A program made the translations under genes and the position numbers. A model generated the notes under the pieces. The model saw only the letters and a list, made by a program, of their open reading frames with translations. It was not told the origin of the DNA and did not search any database. A stretch of 52,473 bases of DNA from the NCBI GenBank assembly GCA_035063585.1, contig JAPSGB010000032.1, positions 1-52,473 on the forward strand, read 5' to 3'. Of this stretch, positions 34,191-43,256 are shown piece by piece; position 1 is the first letter of the stretch, and every line of letters starts with the position of its first letter. The stretch comes from Polyangiaceae bacterium. Lineage in GTDB: Bacteria; Myxococcota_A; Polyangia; Polyangiales; Polyangiaceae.

Positions 34191-36464
34191 TCAACCGCTC
34201 GCCAAGGGATCCCAGAGCACGGCGCTCTCTTCGCGCCCCGCGCTCCGCGAGAGCTTCGCCAGAAACCGCGCGCAGGCGCGCTCGCCCGTCGCGTCCGCGG
34301 CTTCGCGGGCGCAGGCGAGCGCGCTGAGCGCCTCGAGCAGCGCCTCGATGCTGCGCCCGGCGGCGGCGAGGCCTACCGCGAGGGCGAGCGCGGCGCGACC
34401 TCGCTGGGTCGGATCGAGCCGGCGTGAGAGCTCCCGCGCGCTCCGCAGCAGCCGGAGCGCGTCCGCCGTCTCGCCCCGGGCCAGGCACGCCATCGCGGCC
34501 AGACGATCGGCGACGTGCTCCTGACCGCCCGCGCGCCGCAGCTCATCGACCACGCGCTCCACCGTCACGAAGTCCCCCTCCCCGAGCGCCACCGCCACCG
34601 CGCGGGCTGCCCCGGTCGCGCTGCCGCCGTCGACGCCGACCTCGAGCCCGAGCCGCGAGGCGTCGACGCTCGCCGGGCTCGAGCTCGGCGCGCGCTCGGT
34701 CAGGGTCACCCCCGACTCCGGCGAGACGCTGGCGGCGAACCCGCCCGCCAGGCCGCGCTCCACGACGCGCTGCGGACCCGCGCCCGCGCCGAAGGAGTCG
34801 AGCGCGTCGGCGGTCGCGCCGAGCCCGGCTGCCCGCGCGGCCGCCGCCGCGCGACGCGCGAGCCCGCGAGCGCGCTCGCGCTTTCCGGCGAGCAGCGCAT
34901 GGACGCATGCGCTCGCTACCGAGAGCGGCGCCTCGCTCGCCTCGTAGGCGGCGACCGCCGCGTGGTGCAGCCGCGCTCGCTCGTCGGGCGGGAGCGCGGC
35001 GATGATGGCGTCGCGATGCGTCGCGCTCGGCAGCGTGAGCGAGCCGGTCGCGGTGCGGGTCAGCCACGCGCACGACACCAGGCGCTCGGCGCTGGCCCTG
35101 AGCGTCAGGCTCGGGCGGTCGAGCATGTCGGCGACCAGGCTCTCGTCCGCGTCGCCGCCGAGCACCGCCACCGAGGCGAGCACCGTGCGATCGTCCGGCG
35201 CGACGTGCCGTAGCCGGCGGCTGGCAAAGTGGATGGCCAGGCGCTCTCGGCCGCGACCCGCGAGCCGCACGCGCGGGACGAACCGCTCGCCCTCCCGCAC
35301 GAGGTCCGCGCCCTCTAGCGCCTCGAGGAGCGCCTCGCGGACGGCGAGTGGAGCGCCGCCGGTGCGCCGCGCCCAGCGCGCCGCGTCGAGCTCGTCGATG
35401 TGTCCGCCGAGCATGGCCCGCACCAGGCTTCCCACCGCGAGCCCCCCGAGCACCTCGAGCGTCGTCTCTCCCGAGCGTGGGAGCCCCTCGAGCGCCGCGG
35501 GCAGGCTCCCGTTCGACGGAGCGCGCGCGACGGCCGCGACGCCGTGGCGCGTCACCGCCTCGGCTACTGCGTCGAGCGTGTCGGTGTCGAGCTCCATGGC
35601 GTCATCGAGGGTGACGAGCCCGCCCGGCGCCCAGGCCGCGATGAGCGCGCCGGAGGCCTCCCGATCGAGCCCCTCACCCGCCATCAGCCCCTCGAGCGAC
35701 GCGCTCTGCGCCACGTCGAGTCGGCGAGCCTCGCCGCCAGCGCGCATCGAGCGCGTGAGCGCCGTGCGCAGCGCGCCGAGCGGCTCGCCGAGCGGGTGCG
35801 GCGTGATCGCGAGCGCGCGCGAGGCGCCGAACGCCTCGCGGAGCTCCTCGAGGAAGCGCGTGCCACCGAGGCCACGCTCGGCGCTCACGACGCCGAGCGC
35901 GCCGGCCCGCACGGGGACCGCGCGCTCGGGCGCCTCCCCGACCCGCGCCGGACGCTCCACGCGACAGCTCTGCTCGGCCGGCTCCGGACGCCACGGGTGC
36001 CGGACGTCGAGCCTCGCCCCGCGGATCCGCTCGCGACCGACCGCGCCGAGCCGCGTGCCGGTCGAGAGCAGCCGCCCGCCCCGCGCGCGCTCGAGCGCGG
36101 GGTCGAGCATCACCTCGCCCGCGCGCGCAATCTGCGCGAGCGCCGCGGCCCGCGCGAGCGCCGGGCCGCGCGCCAAGCTCACCTGCGCGCCGGCGTCGAC
36201 CATCGCCTCGACTTCGCCGGCTGCCATCCCCACCCGAAACCACTCGAGCTCGCTGGGCTCCGCGCCGGTGAGGAATTCGACCGCATCTTCGAGCGCATCC
36301 GCGCCAAAATCGAGCGACAGCCCGCTCGCGTGCCACGCCACCAGCCGGCCGCCGAGCGCCGTCGAGCGCCCGAGCAGGCCCTCGACCAGTCCGCGCGGGA
36401 CGAGCCCGAGATCGATGCGGGCGCCCCCGCGCACGCGGAGACAGACGACGACGCGTTCGGCCAC
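34191..36464 (-). CDS. Degenerate nucleotide cyclase-like + STAND NTPase-like + helical-repeat protein
   Basis: RVGMAAGEV..GPALARAAALAQIARAGEVML (class III cyclase-like); AERGLGGT at the Walker A position; VTLDDA Walker B; TGGAPL GxP motif; TPR-like C-terminus; GTG start 9 nt after the pspA stop. Confidence 0.6.
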   Translation of the reverse strand: MAERVVVCLRVRGGARIDLGLVPRGLVEGLLGRSTALGGRLVAWHASGLSLDFGADALEDAVEFLTGAEPSELEWFRVGMAAGEVEAMVDAGAQVSLARGPALARAAALAQIARAGEVMLDPALERARGGRLLSTGTRLGAVGRERIRGARLDVRHPWRPEPAEQSCRVERPARVGEAPERAVPVRAGALGVVSAERGLGGTRFLEELREAFGASRALAITPHPLGEPLGALRTALTRSMRAGGEARRLDVAQSASLEGLMAGEGLDREASGALIAAWAPGGLVTLDDAMELDTDTLDAVAEAVTRHGVAAVARAPSNGSLPAALEGLPRSGETTLEVLGGLAVGSLVRAMLGGHIDELDAARWARRTGGAPLAVREALLEALEGADLVREGERFVPRVRLAGRGRERLAIHFASRRLRHVAPDDRTVLASVAVLGGDADESLVADMLDRPSLTLRASAERLVSCAWLTRTATGSLTLPSATHRDAIIAALPPDERARLHHAAVAAYEASEAPLSVASACVHALLAGKRERARGLARRAAAAARAAGLGATADALDSFGAGAGPQRVVERGLAGGFAASVSPESGVTLTERAPSSSPASVDASRLGLEVGVDGGSATGAARAVAVALGEGDFVTVERVVDELRRAGGQEHVADRLAAMACLARGETADALRLLRSARELSRRLDPTQRGRAALALAVGLAAAGRSIEALLEALSALACAREAADATGERACARFLAKLSRSAGREESAVLWDPLASG

Positions 36465-36473
36465 CCGCGCGCC

Positions 36474-37193
36474 TCAGACCCGGAGCTTCTTCTTCAGCGC
36501 GGAGAGCTCGTCGTCCACCTCGCTCCGCGCCGCCGCGCCCTTGCCGCCGCCGCCGCTCTCGAGCTCGCGGAACTTCGCCTCGACCTCGCTCCGTGACATG
36601 CCGCTCGGCCCAGCGCCGCCGAGCGCGTCGTCCACCTCGCGCTGCGCCTGGAGCGCGGTCTCGACGCCGTCGATTTGATCTTCCATGCGGCGGAGCTCCG
36701 CGAACGCGCCGCCGCCCGGCTTGGCCCCGAGGTCCTCCACGCCGCCACCGGCCTTGGCCTGCTTGGCGCGCGCGATGAGCGTCCCCTTGGTCGCCTTGAG
36801 CTCCTCGACCTTCCGCTCCATCCGCTCGAGCTCGGCCTTCATCTCGAGCGCGCCCGTCCGCTGCTCGGCGCGGAGCGCCTCGGCGCGATCGCGGTCGGCC
36901 GTCACCCGCCGCTTCTGAACGATCGCCTCACGGGCGAGCGCGTCATCGCCGTGCTTCACGGCGAGCTCGGCGCGCTTTTCCCACTTGGTCGCCTCGGCGT
37001 CGAGCTCCTCGACCTTCTTTCGGAGCTGCTTCTCGGCGGCGACGCTCCGCACCACCTCCTGCCGCGCCGCGCGGAGCTGATCGCCCATCTCGCTGAGGGT
37101 GAGCTCGACGGATTTCCCCGGATCCTCGGCCTTGTCGAGCAGCGCGTTGAAGTTGCTCGAGATGACCCGGCCCATGCGGTCGAAGACGCCCAT
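36474..37193 (-). CDS. pspA: PspA/IM30 (Vipp1) family protein
   Basis: MGVFDRMGRVISSNFNALLDKAEDP, WEKRAELAV..G.D.LAREA, F..L.RMEDQI, C-terminal VDDELSALKKKL. Confidence 0.95.
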   Translation of the reverse strand: MGVFDRMGRVISSNFNALLDKAEDPGKSVELTLSEMGDQLRAARQEVVRSVAAEKQLRKKVEELDAEATKWEKRAELAVKHGDDALAREAIVQKRRVTADRDRAEALRAEQRTGALEMKAELERMERKVEELKATKGTLIARAKQAKAGGGVEDLGAKPGGGAFAELRRMEDQIDGVETALQAQREVDDALGGAGPSGMSRSEVEAKFRELESGGGGKGAAARSEVDDELSALKKKLRV

Positions 37194-37267
37194 GGCCGAA
37201 CTCTGCCACGGCCCGGGCCGGTTCCCAAGCCGCGACCGGTGAGCGCGCTCGCGCCCGGCGGCCCCGC

Positions 37268-38680
37268 TCAGCGGTTCACGATGTGGATGGCGTGGCCGAG
37301 CGCGGCCGCGCTCGCCTCCATGAGCGCCTCGCCGAGGGTCGGGTGGGGGTGCACGGTGAGGGCCAGATCCTCCGCCGTGGCGCCCATCTCGAGCGCGAGC
37401 GCCGCCTCGCTCACGAGGTCGCTCGCCGAGGGGCCAACCAGGTGAATCCCGAGCACGCGCCCGGTGGCGGCGTCCGCCACCACCTTCGTGAAGCCGTCCG
37501 TCTCGCCGAGGCTCATCGCGCGCCCGAGGGCCGCGAACGGGAATTTGCCGACCTTCACCTCATGCCCCGCGGCGCGCGCGGCCGCCTCGGTGAGCCCTAC
37601 CGCCGCGATCTCGGGGTCGGTAAAGACGATGCTCGGGATGGTCACCCAGTCCTTCCCGGCGCGCTGGCCCGCGAGCACCTCGGCGCAGACCTCGCCTTCC
37701 TTGGTGGCCTTGTGCGCGAGCATGGGCGCGCCGCTCACGTCCCCAACCGCGTAGACCCCCGGCACGTTCGTCTGACAGGTGTCGTCGGTCGGGATGAAGC
37801 CGCGCCGATCGATGGCGACCCCGAGCGCCTCGAGCCCGAGGTCCGCCGAGCGGGGTCGCATGCCGACCGCCACCAGCACCACGTCGCACTCGATGAGCTC
37901 CTCGGCGCCGCCCTTCGCTATGCGCACCGCGACGGTGCCGTCGGCGCGTCGCTCACAGCCGAGCGCGCGCGTGCCGAGGTGGAGGGTGGCGCCGCGCTTC
38001 ACGAGCTTGCGCTCGACGACCCGCGTGCACTCGGGCTCGATCCCGGGGAGGAGCCCGTCGGTGAGCTCGACCACGGTGAGCTTCGCGCCGAACGACTGAT
38101 ACACGGTGCCGAGCTCGAGCCCGATGACGCCGCCGCCGATGACGACCAGGCGCTTCGGGAGCCGGCGCAGGTTCACCGCCTCGCGCGCGCCGATCACGCG
38201 CTCGCCGTCGAACTCGAAGCCCGGGATCTGGATGGTCGCCGAGCCGGTGGCGATGACCACCCCGCGCTTCGCGCGGAGCAGCTCTCTCGAGCCGTCGCGA
38301 CGGGTGACCTCGACCGTGCGCGCGCTCGTGAGCCGCCCGCGTCCCTCGACCAGGGTCGCGCCGTTCTGCTTCAAGAGCGTGCGGACGCCGCCGGTGAGCT
38401 TCTTGACGATGCCATTTTTCCAGTCTTGGAGCTTGTCCGCGTCGAGCGCGGGCGCGCCGAACGAGAGCCCCATCGCGTTCGCGTGCTCGGCCTTGCCCAA
38501 GAGGTGCGAGCTCGAGATGAGCGCCTTCGAGGGGATGCAGCCCCAATTCAGGCACACGCCGCCGTACTCTTCCTCCTCGACGCTCGCTACCGTGAGCCCG
38601 AGCTGAGCGAGCCGAATCGCGCACGGGTAACCGCCGGGGCCGCCGCCGACCACGATGGCGTCGAACTCTCGTTCTTCCAT
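37268..38680 (-). CDS. lpdA: Dihydrolipoyl dehydrogenase (E3)
   Basis: GGGPGGY, GGVCLNWGCIPSK, GGGVIGLE, LAHKA, HPHPTLGE. Confidence 0.96.
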   Translation of the reverse strand: MEEREFDAIVVGGGPGGYPCAIRLAQLGLTVASVEEEEYGGVCLNWGCIPSKALISSSHLLGKAEHANAMGLSFGAPALDADKLQDWKNGIVKKLTGGVRTLLKQNGATLVEGRGRLTSARTVEVTRRDGSRELLRAKRGVVIATGSATIQIPGFEFDGERVIGAREAVNLRRLPKRLVVIGGGVIGLELGTVYQSFGAKLTVVELTDGLLPGIEPECTRVVERKLVKRGATLHLGTRALGCERRADGTVAVRIAKGGAEELIECDVVLVAVGMRPRSADLGLEALGVAIDRRGFIPTDDTCQTNVPGVYAVGDVSGAPMLAHKATKEGEVCAEVLAGQRAGKDWVTIPSIVFTDPEIAAVGLTEAAARAAGHEVKVGKFPFAALGRAMSLGETDGFTKVVADAATGRVLGIHLVGPSASDLVSEAALALEMGATAEDLALTVHPHPTLGEALMEASAAALGHAIHIVNR

Positions 38681-38841
38681 GAGCGTCGTCCTACCGGAAT
38701 GTCACGCGAATCGAAACGCCTTTTGGTTCGGGTGTCGGTCCGGCGCGGCCGGCGGCGCGGCGGCGCGCGCACCGGCAGCGTCATCCGCCGCGGCGCTCGG
38801 GCCGCGAGCTTCCGCGCCGGACCCCCCCCGCCCCCGCTGGC

Positions 38842-39843
38842 TCACCGCGTCGAGGGCGACCGCGCCGGGTCGCGGGGCTCGGTGACGCGCCTCGCGAACT
38901 CGCCCATCGCCTGGAACGCGGCCTCGGCCTCCGGCGTGAAGGCGTAGAGCGTCATCCAGTCGTGAACCATGTCCGGGTACTCGCGGGCGGTGACGTCGAC
39001 GCCGGCGGCGCGCGCCGCCTCGGCGAACTCGCGCACTTGATCGCGGAGCACCTCGCACTCGCCCCAGAGGATGAGGAGCGGCGGGAGGCCCCGGAGATCG
39101 GCGCGGAGTGGGGTGATGAGCGGATCGCTCGGCTCGGCGTCGCCGGCGTAGGCCGCGCACCAGCGCCGCGCGTCCGCCGCGTCGGGGGCCCAGTCGAAGC
39201 GCTCGTTATCTATCAGCGAGCCGCCTTCTCGCAATGGATCCACCCACGGGCAGATCGGGATCGCGCCGGCGGGGAGCGGCGCGCCGCGCTCACGCAGCCG
39301 GAGGAGCCCCGTGAGGGTCAGGTTGCCACCGGCCGAGTCGCCCGCGATGACGAGCTGGTCCGGGCGCACGCCCTCGGAGAGGAGCCAGCGGTAGGCGGCG
39401 ACCACGTCGTCGAGCGCGGCCGGAAACACCGCCTCCGGCGTCAGCCGATACTCTACCGCGAGCACCCGCGCCTCGGCCGCCAGCGCGAGCCGCGTGATGA
39501 GCTCGGCGTGGGTCGCGCTCGAACCGAAGACGAATCCGCCGCCGTGGAGATAGAGCACGACGCGCTCGCCGTGCCCGGCCTTCGGAGTGAACCACTCGGC
39601 CGGCACGCCGCCCGCCTCGATCCGCTCGCGCCGCACGCGCCGGAGCGCGGCGGACGGCAGCGGCTTCAAGGCGTCCCACACCGCGCGCTGCTCGAGCATC
39701 GGGCGCCCCGCCGACGCGCGCACCGTCGCGCGTAGGAGCGTGATCGCCAGCTCGAAGAGGAACGACCACGAGGGGCGGAGCGGCCCGCGACGCCAGCGGG
39801 CCCGGAGCGTCGTGACGAAGGCGACGGTTGCGTCAGCGAGCAT
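38842..39843 (-). CDS. Alpha/beta hydrolase, HSL-family esterase/lipase
   Basis: HGGGF oxyanion motif, GDSAGG nucleophile, E.L.D, DMVHDW; GAGGAG RBS. Confidence 0.93.
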   Translation of the reverse strand: MLADATVAFVTTLRARWRRGPLRPSWSFLFELAITLLRATVRASAGRPMLEQRAVWDALKPLPSAALRRVRRERIEAGGVPAEWFTPKAGHGERVVLYLHGGGFVFGSSATHAELITRLALAAEARVLAVEYRLTPEAVFPAALDDVVAAYRWLLSEGVRPDQLVIAGDSAGGNLTLTGLLRLRERGAPLPAGAIPICPWVDPLREGGSLIDNERFDWAPDAADARRWCAAYAGDAEPSDPLITPLRADLRGLPPLLILWGECEVLRDQVREFAEAARAAGVDVTAREYPDMVHDWMTLYAFTPEAEAAFQAMGEFARRVTEPRDPARSPSTR

Positions 39844-39885
39844 GCAGGCTCCTCCTCGTGGATGGCTCTCGACGACCCGCCCCGC

Positions 39886-41001
39886 TCAGTGCGACGGCGC
39901 GGGCGCGGCGGCGAGGAGCTCGCGGCGTTCGTCCTCGAGGTGCCACGGCCGCTCCTCATAGACGTCGTCGAAGAGCCACTCGCGCGGCGGCATCGGGCGC
40001 GGCTCGACCGCGGCGATCGCCGCCGAGATCTCCTCGTCGAGCTCGCGGTCGATGCGCTCGTCGGCGGCGTCGTCGATGACGCCGAGATAGGCGAGGTGGC
40101 GGCGAAAGCGCAGGATGGGATCCTTCTTCGCCCACTCGCGCACCTCTTCTTCCGAACGGTAGCGGGTCGGGTCGTCGCTGGTCGAGTGGGCGCCCATGCG
40201 ATAGGTGACGCACTCGAGGAAGGTGGGGCCCTCGCCGGCGCGTGCCTGCGCGGCCGCGCGGCTCACCGCCGCGTAGACCGCGAGCACGTCGTTGCCGTCG
40301 ACGCGGAGCCCGCGCACGCCGTACGCGCGGGCCTTCACCGCGAGCGTCCGCGAGGCCGTCTGCTTGGCGGTCGGCACGCTGATCGACCAGTGGTTGTTCT
40401 GGCAGATGATGATGCAGGGCGCCTTGAACACGCCGGCAAAGTTCATGGCGTTGTGGAAATCAGGCTGGCTGGTCGCGCCGTCGCCCAGGAAACCCACCGT
40501 CACCACCGAGTCCCCGCGGTGCTTGGCGGCCATCGCCGCGCCGACCGCCTGCGGGATCTGCGGCGCGATGACGCTCGACCACGACACCTGGTTTACCTCG
40601 CGCGCGCTCATGTGGCTCGGCATCTGCCGGCCCTTGAGCACGTCCCAGTCGTTGCCGAACACCTGAGCCAGGTATTTCGTGAGCGGGAAGCCCCGCACCA
40701 GCATGATCGCGCTCTCGCGGAGCGCCGGGAACACCCAGTCGCTCGCGTCGAGCGCGAACGCGGTGGCGATGGGCGTCGCCTCCTGACCGGTGCAGCTCCC
40801 GTAAAATCCGATGCGACCCTGGCGCTGGAGCGCCACCATGCGCGTCTCGAGCACGCGCACGCGGCGGAGCTCGCGATACATCCTGAGGAGCACATCGGCG
40901 GCGAGGAAGGGATCGGTCGCCGGATCGGTGCGGCCGTCGTCGCGCAGCACGCGGAAGAGGCCCAACAGTGGATCGTGCTCGGCAGCGGAGGCGTCGTTCA
41001 T
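39886..41001 (-). CDS. pdhA: TPP-dependent 2-oxoacid dehydrogenase E1 alpha subunit (pyruvate or branched-chain)
   Basis: LQRQGRIGFY, GQEA, GRQMPSH, GDGATS..N, QNNHWSISVP, YRMGAHSTSDDP; PdhA and BkdA cannot be separated by eye. Confidence 0.85.
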   Translation of the reverse strand: MNDASAAEHDPLLGLFRVLRDDGRTDPATDPFLAADVLLRMYRELRRVRVLETRMVALQRQGRIGFYGSCTGQEATPIATAFALDASDWVFPALRESAIMLVRGFPLTKYLAQVFGNDWDVLKGRQMPSHMSAREVNQVSWSSVIAPQIPQAVGAAMAAKHRGDSVVTVGFLGDGATSQPDFHNAMNFAGVFKAPCIIICQNNHWSISVPTAKQTASRTLAVKARAYGVRGLRVDGNDVLAVYAAVSRAAAQARAGEGPTFLECVTYRMGAHSTSDDPTRYRSEEEVREWAKKDPILRFRRHLAYLGVIDDAADERIDRELDEEISAAIAAVEPRPMPPREWLFDDVYEERPWHLEDERRELLAAAPAPSH

Positions 41002-41209
41002 CGCGAGCGCACGCCTAACACGGCCGCCGCGCCGCGACGAGGCCTCCCCACGTGCCTCATCCGCGCGCGAGGTCCCTCCGGGCGCGTTCGCGCGGCCGGC
41101 CCCGGTGACGGCGACGGGGACGCGGACGGAGACGCGAGTCGGAAGCGGCGGAGGCGACCGCCGAGAGCCCTCCGACCCGGCGCGCGCCGCCGGCCGCGCC
41201 TCACCGACC

Positions 41210-42193
41210 TCAGGCCAGCATGGAAACGCCGTGGTGCTCGTCCTTGGTGCCGAGCTCGAGCGCGCCCGCTCGCGTGGTGAGCTCGAGGGCCGGGCGGCCG
41301 CGCGGCTCGAGTCGAAGCGTCCCGCTCGCGATCTTGGAGTTCAGGCAGTAGGTCATCTCGCGATTCGGGTTCTCGTAGTAGAGCCCGACGAAGTCGCGCG
41401 TGTCGGCGTGGAGCTCGCCGCTCGCGCGCGCGAGCGCGCTCTCGACCTCGAAGCGATAGCTGCGCGCGCCGATGCGGCCGCGCGAGCGGACGAGCTCGCG
41501 CGGCCGGTTGAACTCGTAGCGCGTCCCCCGGTGCCAGACGCAGACCACGGTGAGCGGCGGCGCGAGGAGCGGCCCCACCTTCACGCGCCCGGTGAACGCC
41601 TCGAGGACCACCTCCTCGTCGCCGTCCCATTGGTTCACGTGCGTCCAGGCGTAGCGCTCGGTGTGGCGGGAGCCCCAGTTGTGCCCTTGCATCCCGCGCC
41701 AGCCCTCCACCGCGACGGGCGCTCCGCCGTCCACCGAGTAGCTGCCGGAGAAGCGCGAGTTCGGGTGCGGTGAGACGAGCTTGGTGTTCGGCGCCCAGTC
41801 CTCGTAGAGCCGCCGGCTGGGCAGCGGCGCGAGCGGCGGCGACGCGGTGTCGAAGTCGAGCCCGAACTCGATGGTGTGCTCGGGCGACTCGATGCGCCCG
41901 TCGAGGCGGCCCTCGCTGAAATGCACTCCGGCGACCCGCACCTCGAGGCCGCGACGGGAAAACTCGGCGAACTCGTGGCGGGTGACCTCTTTCACGGCGA
42001 CGTGCTCGCGCTCGCGGTCGAAGGCGATGGCCCACGCCTCCGCCACCGGACGCCCCTCGAGCCGCGCCAGGATGGTCGCCTTGAGCCAGAGCGCGCGCCG
42101 CCCTGCCGGATCGTTCAGCTTGAAGAAGTAGCTCTCGACGTGCCCGCCCTTGCGGTAGCGGTCGTAACGAACGGCGTTGTAATCGAGGGTCAT
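41210..42193 (-). CDS. Hypothetical protein, tocopherol cyclase/CrtC-like beta-barrel fold suspected
   Basis: HVESYFFKLND..ALW, P....FSG, W.GMQGHNWG..H..RYAW; start ATG 42193. Confidence 0.6.
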   Translation of the reverse strand: MTLDYNAVRYDRYRKGGHVESYFFKLNDPAGRRALWLKATILARLEGRPVAEAWAIAFDREREHVAVKEVTRHEFAEFSRRGLEVRVAGVHFSEGRLDGRIESPEHTIEFGLDFDTASPPLAPLPSRRLYEDWAPNTKLVSPHPNSRFSGSYSVDGGAPVAVEGWRGMQGHNWGSRHTERYAWTHVNQWDGDEEVVLEAFTGRVKVGPLLAPPLTVVCVWHRGTRYEFNRPRELVRSRGRIGARSYRFEVESALARASGELHADTRDFVGLYYENPNREMTYCLNSKIASGTLRLEPRGRPALELTTRAGALELGTKDEHHGVSMLA

Positions 42194-42252
42194 GGCCGAA
42201 GACTGTCCATCACTCCGGCCTCGCCGCGGCAAGCGAAGCGAAGGCGGCGCGC

Positions 42253-42299
42253 TTGACTTTGGATCAACTCACCGTGACCCCGGCTTGATCTCGAGTCAA
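42253..42299. promoter_or_regulatory. Two palindromic operator-like boxes TTGAY-N5-RTCAA, 32 bp apart
   Basis: TTGACtttggATCAA (42253-42267) and TTGATctcgaGTCAA (42285-42299) in a divergent intergenic region. Confidence 0.55.
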
Positions 42300-42437
42300 G
42301 CAGGGTCGGCGCTCGAGCGACACCTCGCGACACGAGCCTTAATCGTGCTTTACGCGCTCGGGCGCGCGACCTAGCGAAAGCACTCGGACGGGCTCGACGC
42401 GCGCGACGCGTGAGCCGCCTCACGAAGCACCGCGACC

Positions 42438-43256
42438 ATGGCCGAGCCGACCGACACGACCAGCGACTACGTCGAACCCGCGGCGCTCGTCGCTGCAATG
42501 ACGAAGAAGGGCATCGCCAAGGCGGCGCTCGGCACCCGAGATCTGCTGCTCCGCGGAGTCATGTCGGGGATGCTGCTCGGGTTCGCGACCGCGGTGTCGT
42601 TCACGATGGTCGCCGAAGGCTCGCCCGGATGGGTCGGCGCGCTCGCCTTCCCGCTCGGCTTCGTCATCCTCATGCTGCTCGGCTACGAGCTGGTGACCGG
42701 AAACTTCGCGCTGCTGCCGACCGCGCTCTTCGCCGGGCGGATCGGGGTGCGAGCGCTCGCGCGCAACTGGACCTGGGTGTTCATCGGTAACCTCGCAGGC
42801 TCGGTCGTCTTCGCCGGGCTCCTCTACGCGGCGGTGACCAAGTTCGGCCACCAGGACGGCGGCGAGCTCGGCCGGGTGCTCGTCGCGCGCGCGACCGCCA
42901 AGACGCTCGCCTACCAGCAGGCGGGAGCAGCGGTCGGGCTCTCGACCGCGTTCGTGAAGGCGCTCCTCTGCAACTGGATGGTGGCGACCGGCACGGTGAT
43001 GTCGCTCGTCTCCCGCAGCGTCGCGGGCAAGACGGTCGCCATGTGGCTGCCCATCTTCGCGTTCTTCGCGCTGGGTCTCGAGCACTCGGTGGTCAACATG
43101 TTCCTCATCCCCGCCGGGATCCTGTTCGGCGGCGCGATGACGATCGCCGACTGGTGGCTCTGGAACCAGCTCATCGTCACGCTCGGCAACATCGTGGGCG
43201 CCGCCGGTCTGGTCGGCTTCGTGCTCCACCGCACCTGGGGCGAACCCGCGCGCTAG
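42438..43256 (+). CDS. Formate/nitrite transporter (FNT) family channel
   Basis: FPLGF..GYELVTGN, GNLAG, ALLCNWMV, F.ALGLEHSVVNMF, VTLGNIVG. Confidence 0.95.
   Translation: MAEPTDTTSDYVEPAALVAAMTKKGIAKAALGTRDLLLRGVMSGMLLGFATAVSFTMVAEGSPGWVGALAFPLGFVILMLLGYELVTGNFALLPTALFAGRIGVRALARNWTWVFIGNLAGSVVFAGLLYAAVTKFGHQDGGELGRVLVARATAKTLAYQQAGAAVGLSTAFVKALLCNWMVATGTVMSLVSRSVAGKTVAMWLPIFAFFALGLEHSVVNMFLIPAGILFGGAMTIADWWLWNQLIVTLGNIVGAAGLVGFVLHRTWGEPAR

Noticed and set aside
42253..42299. Canonical FNR sites
   Set aside because: The spacer is 5 bp in both boxes rather than 4; reported as an unknown operator instead
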